Below are positions 16,231 through 20,000 of a DNA stretch of 20,000 nucleotides, piece after piece. This DNA is from an uncultured virus (IMG/VR IMGVR_UViG_3300032019_000120) (lineage: Duplodnaviria > Heunggongvirae > Uroviricota > Caudoviricetes). The stretch lies in IMG/VR virus record IMGVR_UViG_3300032019_000120; one strand, given 5' to 3'. A model generated the notes under the pieces. It had not been told where the DNA came from and ran no database searches. It saw only the letters and a list, made by a program, of their open reading frames with translations. Position 1 is the stretch's first letter, and every line of letters starts with the position of its first letter. The position numbers were made by a program, and so were the translations under genes.

Positions 16231-18345
16231 ATGAATCTACAATCACAAGAACAACTCGCTAAATTACTCTCTAAAGAGAACTTATCAGTCCAACACGGAA
16301 ACTACCAAACAGCATCATTCGATATTAAGAATCGCGTGCTTAGACTTCCACTTTGGGAAGATAAAGGTAAGGACGTTTATGACTTATTAGTTGGCCATGA
16401 AGTCGGTCATGCTCTTTACACACCATATGAAGGCTGGCACGAAGCTGCTACATCAGTCTCTAACATTCCAAAAGGTTTCTTAAATATCGTTGAAGATATT
16501 CGTATTGAACGTAAGATTCAAGAGACTTATCCTGGTCTAAAAAGACGATTCAAAAAAGGTTATGTTCGACTAGTTGAAGACAACTTGTTCGGTACTGAAG
16601 GAAAGGACCTTTCCGAATTATCTTTCATGGACAGATTAAACATCTCTGCTAAAACACGTGGTGAGATTCCTATTGAGTTTTCATCTGAAGAGGTGCCATA
16701 TGTTAACAAAGCAATGGCTGTTGAAACTTGGGACGATGTTGTTAATGTTTGTCAAGAGCTAACTGATTGGTTAAGAGAACAAGAAGAAGAAAAGGACGAA
16801 GACGAAGATGGTGAAATGTCATCTGGTACTGAAGAGTCTGATGAAGAACAAGATGGTTCTAGTGCTAGTCAATCCGAAGAGGGTGAGCCAAGTAATGAAG
16901 AGCAAGAGGCTGAAGAGCAAGAGGCTTCTGCTTCTAGTTCTGACCCAATGGCTACTGACACTGATGATGCTTTCAGAAATAATGAAGAGCAACTACTTGA
17001 AAAGGATAAGCACGGTAAGACTCAACCTGAATTTTCATCTGGTATCTCAGATGAAAACCTCGACAAGGTTATATGCTCATACGCTAGTGCAAAAAAGATG
17101 CGTGATCAGGTTATTGATCAGCGTTCAACTGGTAGAGAAGACCGATTACAGTATAATGTATATGTTAGTGAACAAGTTACTGAGAAGTTTCTTGAAGATA
17201 AAAAAGGCTGGAACAAAACGGCTACTCTTCTTGCTAAAGATTTTGAGCGTAAGAAGGCCGCTTTTGAATATTCAAGAGCTACTGTGTCTAAGCGTGGTAC
17301 TCTGAACACTGACAAAATGTACCAATACAAGTACAGTGAAGACATCTTCAACAGTGTAACACAACTTGCTCAAGCACAAAGCCATGGTATCATCATGCAA
17401 ATTGACCTATCTGGTTCAATGAGTGACGTGATTAGTGATGTAGTTGCTCAAGCAATCACCATTGCTCTGTTTTGTAAAAAGGTACACATTCCTTTTGAGG
17501 TTTACACTTTTACTTCATCAGGTGCGCGCACTACCACACTACCTCAGAATAAATCAATAGAAGTTTCTGGTAATGGAATTCAGGGAATTCACAACTTAAA
17601 AATTGTTGAGTCCCTAAACACAAACATGAAAAAAGCAGAGTTTAACGAAGCTGCTCGTGCACTGTTCTCCTTGGGTGCTGTCCATTCATATAGTAATGCA
17701 AGATTTGGTTATATAGACCGTTATTCTATAGCCGCTTGTGATGAAATGGGCACCACCCCCCTTATTCAAGCTGTAATCGTTACAGCTCGTCTCGCTGAGA
17801 AGTTCCAACGCAAACATAATGTTCAAAAACTGAATATCATGATGCTAACCGATGGTTTTGCTGATCAAATTCATACTGAGCATGATGAACACAGAGATAT
17901 AAGTATTGACTACCGCGGCAGCATGTCAATTATGTTCAAGGGTAAGAGGGTTACTGCTGAAAACACAAGAGAGATGATGAAGGGGTGTCTTCTGAGATTG
18001 AAAGAGATAACTAAGGCTAAGACAATTGGATTCTTCCTTGCTGCTAATAAGAGTGATTATGGTAGTGGTCTCTATAATCTAGGCGGCCCACACGCGAGAC
18101 TCGATTTCAATAGTGAGTACAAAGCATGGAGAAAAAATAACTTCACTGCTAAGAAAAAGGCAGCAGGATATGATGAGTACTTCATCATTAAAGTAGGTGG
18201 TAAGCCGGTTCCAGAGGAATTCAACCTACCATCTGATAAGAGTGAAAAGATTAAGGACATCCGTAATCAATTCAAAAAGTTCAATAAGAGCAAAAAATCA
18301 ACCAAACAGCTAGTGAGTAGAATCTCAGACGCTGTTGCAATATAG
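16231..18345 (+). CDS. CobT-like protein: N-terminal HExxH metallopeptidase-like domain, acidic linker and C-terminal vWA domain
   Basis: HEVGH and NIVEDIRIE motifs, an E/D/S-rich linker, MIDAS DLSGS, GTTPL and MLTDG. It lies upstream of a CobS-like AAA+ gene, as in marine T4-like phages. Confidence 0.85.
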   Translation: MNLQSQEQLAKLLSKENLSVQHGNYQTASFDIKNRVLRLPLWEDKGKDVYDLLVGHEVGHALYTPYEGWHEAATSVSNIPKGFLNIVEDIRIERKIQETYPGLKRRFKKGYVRLVEDNLFGTEGKDLSELSFMDRLNISAKTRGEIPIEFSSEEVPYVNKAMAVETWDDVVNVCQELTDWLREQEEEKDEDEDGEMSSGTEESDEEQDGSSASQSEEGEPSNEEQEAEEQEASASSSDPMATDTDDAFRNNEEQLLEKDKHGKTQPEFSSGISDENLDKVICSYASAKKMRDQVIDQRSTGREDRLQYNVYVSEQVTEKFLEDKKGWNKTATLLAKDFERKKAAFEYSRATVSKRGTLNTDKMYQYKYSEDIFNSVTQLAQAQSHGIIMQIDLSGSMSDVISDVVAQAITIALFCKKVHIPFEVYTFTSSGARTTTLPQNKSIEVSGNGIQGIHNLKIVESLNTNMKKAEFNEAARALFSLGAVHSYSNARFGYIDRYSIAACDEMGTTPLIQAVIVTARLAEKFQRKHNVQKLNIMMLTDGFADQIHTEHDEHRDISIDYRGSMSIMFKGKRVTAENTREMMKGCLLRLKEITKAKTIGFFLAANKSDYGSGLYNLGGPHARLDFNSEYKAWRKNNFTAKKKAAGYDEYFIIKVGGKPVPEEFNLPSDKSEKIKDIRNQFKKFNKSKKSTKQLVSRISDAVAI

Positions 18346-18353
18346 GAGATAAT

Positions 18354-18509
18354 ATGAATTATCCAGACGCAAGAAAACATAGAGACATTAGCTTCCTGAA
18401 ATCAGGAATTCGTATGGTAGGATATGTAATGCTTCCATTTAACTTGGTGTGGGCAGCTTTGTTCCTAATCGGAGCTGAGGTGCTGGGCATTGTTGAGGAG
18501 TTAGTTTAG
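18354..18509 (+). CDS. Small 51-aa membrane protein, absent from the ORF track
   Basis: AGGAG RBS; translation MNYPDARKHRDISFLKSGIRMVGYVMLPFNLVWAALFLIGAEVLGIVEELV. It fills the gap between genes. Confidence 0.75.
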   Translation: MNYPDARKHRDISFLKSGIRMVGYVMLPFNLVWAALFLIGAEVLGIVEELV

Positions 18510-18548
18510 TTTAATTCAACTAAAGTTGAATTTTTTACCGGGTCAATA
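18503..18548. repeat. Composite upstream element, copy 2
   Basis: The 19-bp box is inverted relative to copy 1 and is followed 2 bp later by the identical 25-bp box. Confidence 0.9.
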
Positions 18549-18561
18549 TTGAAATAAAGTG

Positions 18562-18590
18562 TTGACCTTTGACTGGTTTTGGTGGATAAT
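18562..18590 (+). promoter_or_regulatory. sigma70-type promoter, probably early
   Basis: TTGACC (18562-18567), 17 bp, GATAAT (18585-18590). It has the same TGTTGACCTTTG context as the 16167 promoter. Confidence 0.7.
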
Positions 18591-18642
18591 GTAATTATAA
18601 CGGTTGGGAATGGCCCAATCAATTTTGAGAAAGGACTATATA

Positions 18643-19782
18643 ATGATAAACAAAAAAGTGATAGAAACGTTAATTGAAAATGGTACAACATGTACCACTG
18701 CTGATTATGTAAAAGCTGCTGTAAGCCTTGGAATCAACAAGCACACAGCTGCTGCTCAATCGAGAAAGCTTCCTGCCATTGCTGGCACAAGACCTACTCA
18801 ATATGACCTACAGCTGTACGCTCCGAAGTCGGAGAAGTCTGTTGTTGAACATGTTGGTGTTAAGAGTGTTGCTAATGAGGAAGTTTATGTTCCTCCTATG
18901 GATGAAACATTTGTTCCTTGGGGCAACTTCAAAGACCTTTTGATGATTGTCAAAAGTCGGATGTTCTACCCTACGTACATTTCTGGTCTCTCCGGTAATG
19001 GTAAGACGTTCATGATTGAACAAGCAGCTTCAAAAGTTGGTCGTGAATATGTTCGTGTTCAGATTTCACCTGAGACTGATGAAGACGACTTGATTGGTGG
19101 TTTCCGTTTGATTGATGGTGAAACTGTTTTCCAAAAAGGTCCAGTAATCAAAGCTATGGAAGCTGGTGCTCTTTTGATGATTGATGAGATTGACCGTGGA
19201 ACAAATAAAATCATGTGTCTTCAAGGTGTTCTTGAAGGTAAGCCAGTTCTGATTAAAAAGACTGGTGAAGTGATTACACCTGCTAATGGTTTCAACATTC
19301 TTGCTACTGCTAACACGAAAGGTCGTGGTTCAGATGATGGTCGCTATTCAGCTGCTGGTCTGATCGATGATGCTTTCCTTGAGCGTTTTACAATCACAAT
19401 GGAGCAGAAGTTTCCTTCTGCTGCAATTGAAAAGAAAATCATCATGAATCATATGAAGAAGTTTGAGAAGATTGATGAAGAGTTCGCTGATTTGTTAATC
19501 GGTTGGGCTGGTGCTATCAGAGCAACGTTCGATGACGATGGTATTGATGAAGTAATCTCTACTCGTCGTCTTTGTCACATTGTTCAAACATTTTCAATCT
19601 TTGGTAAACGCGACAAAGCTATTGCTCTTTGCGTTAACCGTTTTGATGATGAAACTAAAGAGGCATTCCTTGACTTATATGAAAAGGTGGATGCTACAAT
19701 CAATAACCCAGAAGTCAGCACAAGTGATGCTGATGATATTAATAAAGAACCACAACATAATGAGGAGTCAGAATGGTCTTAA
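18643..19782 (+). CDS. cobS: CobS-like / MoxR-family AAA+ ATPase
   Basis: ATG 18643 follows AAGGA. Motifs include GLSGNGKT Walker A, ETDEDDLIGGFRL, LMIDEID Walker B, ATANTKG.GS.DGR, AFLERF and ISTRRL. Confidence 0.88.
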   Translation: MINKKVIETLIENGTTCTTADYVKAAVSLGINKHTAAAQSRKLPAIAGTRPTQYDLQLYAPKSEKSVVEHVGVKSVANEEVYVPPMDETFVPWGNFKDLLMIVKSRMFYPTYISGLSGNGKTFMIEQAASKVGREYVRVQISPETDEDDLIGGFRLIDGETVFQKGPVIKAMEAGALLMIDEIDRGTNKIMCLQGVLEGKPVLIKKTGEVITPANGFNILATANTKGRGSDDGRYSAAGLIDDAFLERFTITMEQKFPSAAIEKKIIMNHMKKFEKIDEEFADLLIGWAGAIRATFDDDGIDEVISTRRLCHIVQTFSIFGKRDKAIALCVNRFDDETKEAFLDLYEKVDATINNPEVSTSDADDINKEPQHNEESEWS

Positions 19783-20000
19783 AACAAGAAACAGTTGATG
19801 TATTGAATAATCTTGCATCAATCAATAGCAACATAGTGATCAACGGAGATGGTGTTCTTCGTTCGGTCAATGCTATGAAAAATCTCATGGCGAGAGCTGA
19901 GGTTCCCGACAAGTTTCCGTACCGATTTGGTATATACGACTTAGGGGAATTTCTGAGTGCTATGGGCATGTTCGATAGTCCTGAGCTAGTGTTTGATGGA
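19773..20000 (+). CDS. gp45: Sliding clamp gp45, N-terminal part (truncated by the window; absent from the ORF track)
   Basis: GAGGAG RBS; translation MVLKQETVDVLNNLASINSNIVING...FPYRFGIYDLGEFLSAMGMFDSPEL matches the gp45 N-terminal pattern. Gene order after cobS fits. Confidence 0.88.
   Translation, partial: MVLKQETVDVLNNLASINSNIVINGDGVLRSVNAMKNLMARAEVPDKFPYRFGIYDLGEFLSAMGMFDSPELVFDG

Noticed and set aside
16897..16926. 15-bp tandem duplication encoding EEQEA twice
   Set aside because: It is an ordinary slippage repeat in a low-complexity acidic linker.
18604..18642. TTG start of the AAA+ ORF
   Set aside because: It lies in a small 5' hairpin (TTGGG-AATGG-CCCAA) with no RBS, whereas ATG 18643 has AAGGA.
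2047..19969. Short minus-strand and nested alternative-frame ORFs in the track (e.g. 9212-9586, 14413-14718, 16808-17305, 19739-19969)
   Set aside because: They overlap well-supported + strand genes and have no recognisable motifs, so they are treated as shadow ORFs.
1..20000. CRISPR array, tRNA, intron, intein or homing endonuclease
   Set aside because: I saw no regularly spaced repeats or cloverleaf structure in the short intergenic regions, and the core genes are uninterrupted and of expected size.

Overview
This is an AT-rich segment of a T4-like myovirus genome, with every credible gene on the + strand. The core order is typical of marine cyanophage/pelagiphage-type T4 relatives: gp23 (3' part), gp3, uvsY, uvsW, hypothetical, gp55, gp47, gp46, CobT-like peptidase/vWA, CobS-like AAA+ and gp45 (5' part). 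Accessory genes are inserted in this core: a candidate holin, nucleotide-sugar enzymes, two tandem paralogous secreted proteins, a type II glutamine synthetase, and a six-gene envelope block. That block holds a ClpP-fold membrane-anchored protein, an SbmA/BacA transporter, a MotA/ExbB-like channel, two membrane proteins and ClpP. Regulatory signals include several near-consensus sigma70 promoters (one on the minus strand, one inside a gene), TATAAATA late promoters and a UUCG terminator. The most striking non-coding element is the glutamine synthetase leader. It has two hairpins with identical AACGAA hexaloops, matching the ANTAR-target RNA architecture, and the second competes with a hairpin that buries the ribosome-binding site. 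All calls come from reading motifs by eye; no searches or folding programs were run.
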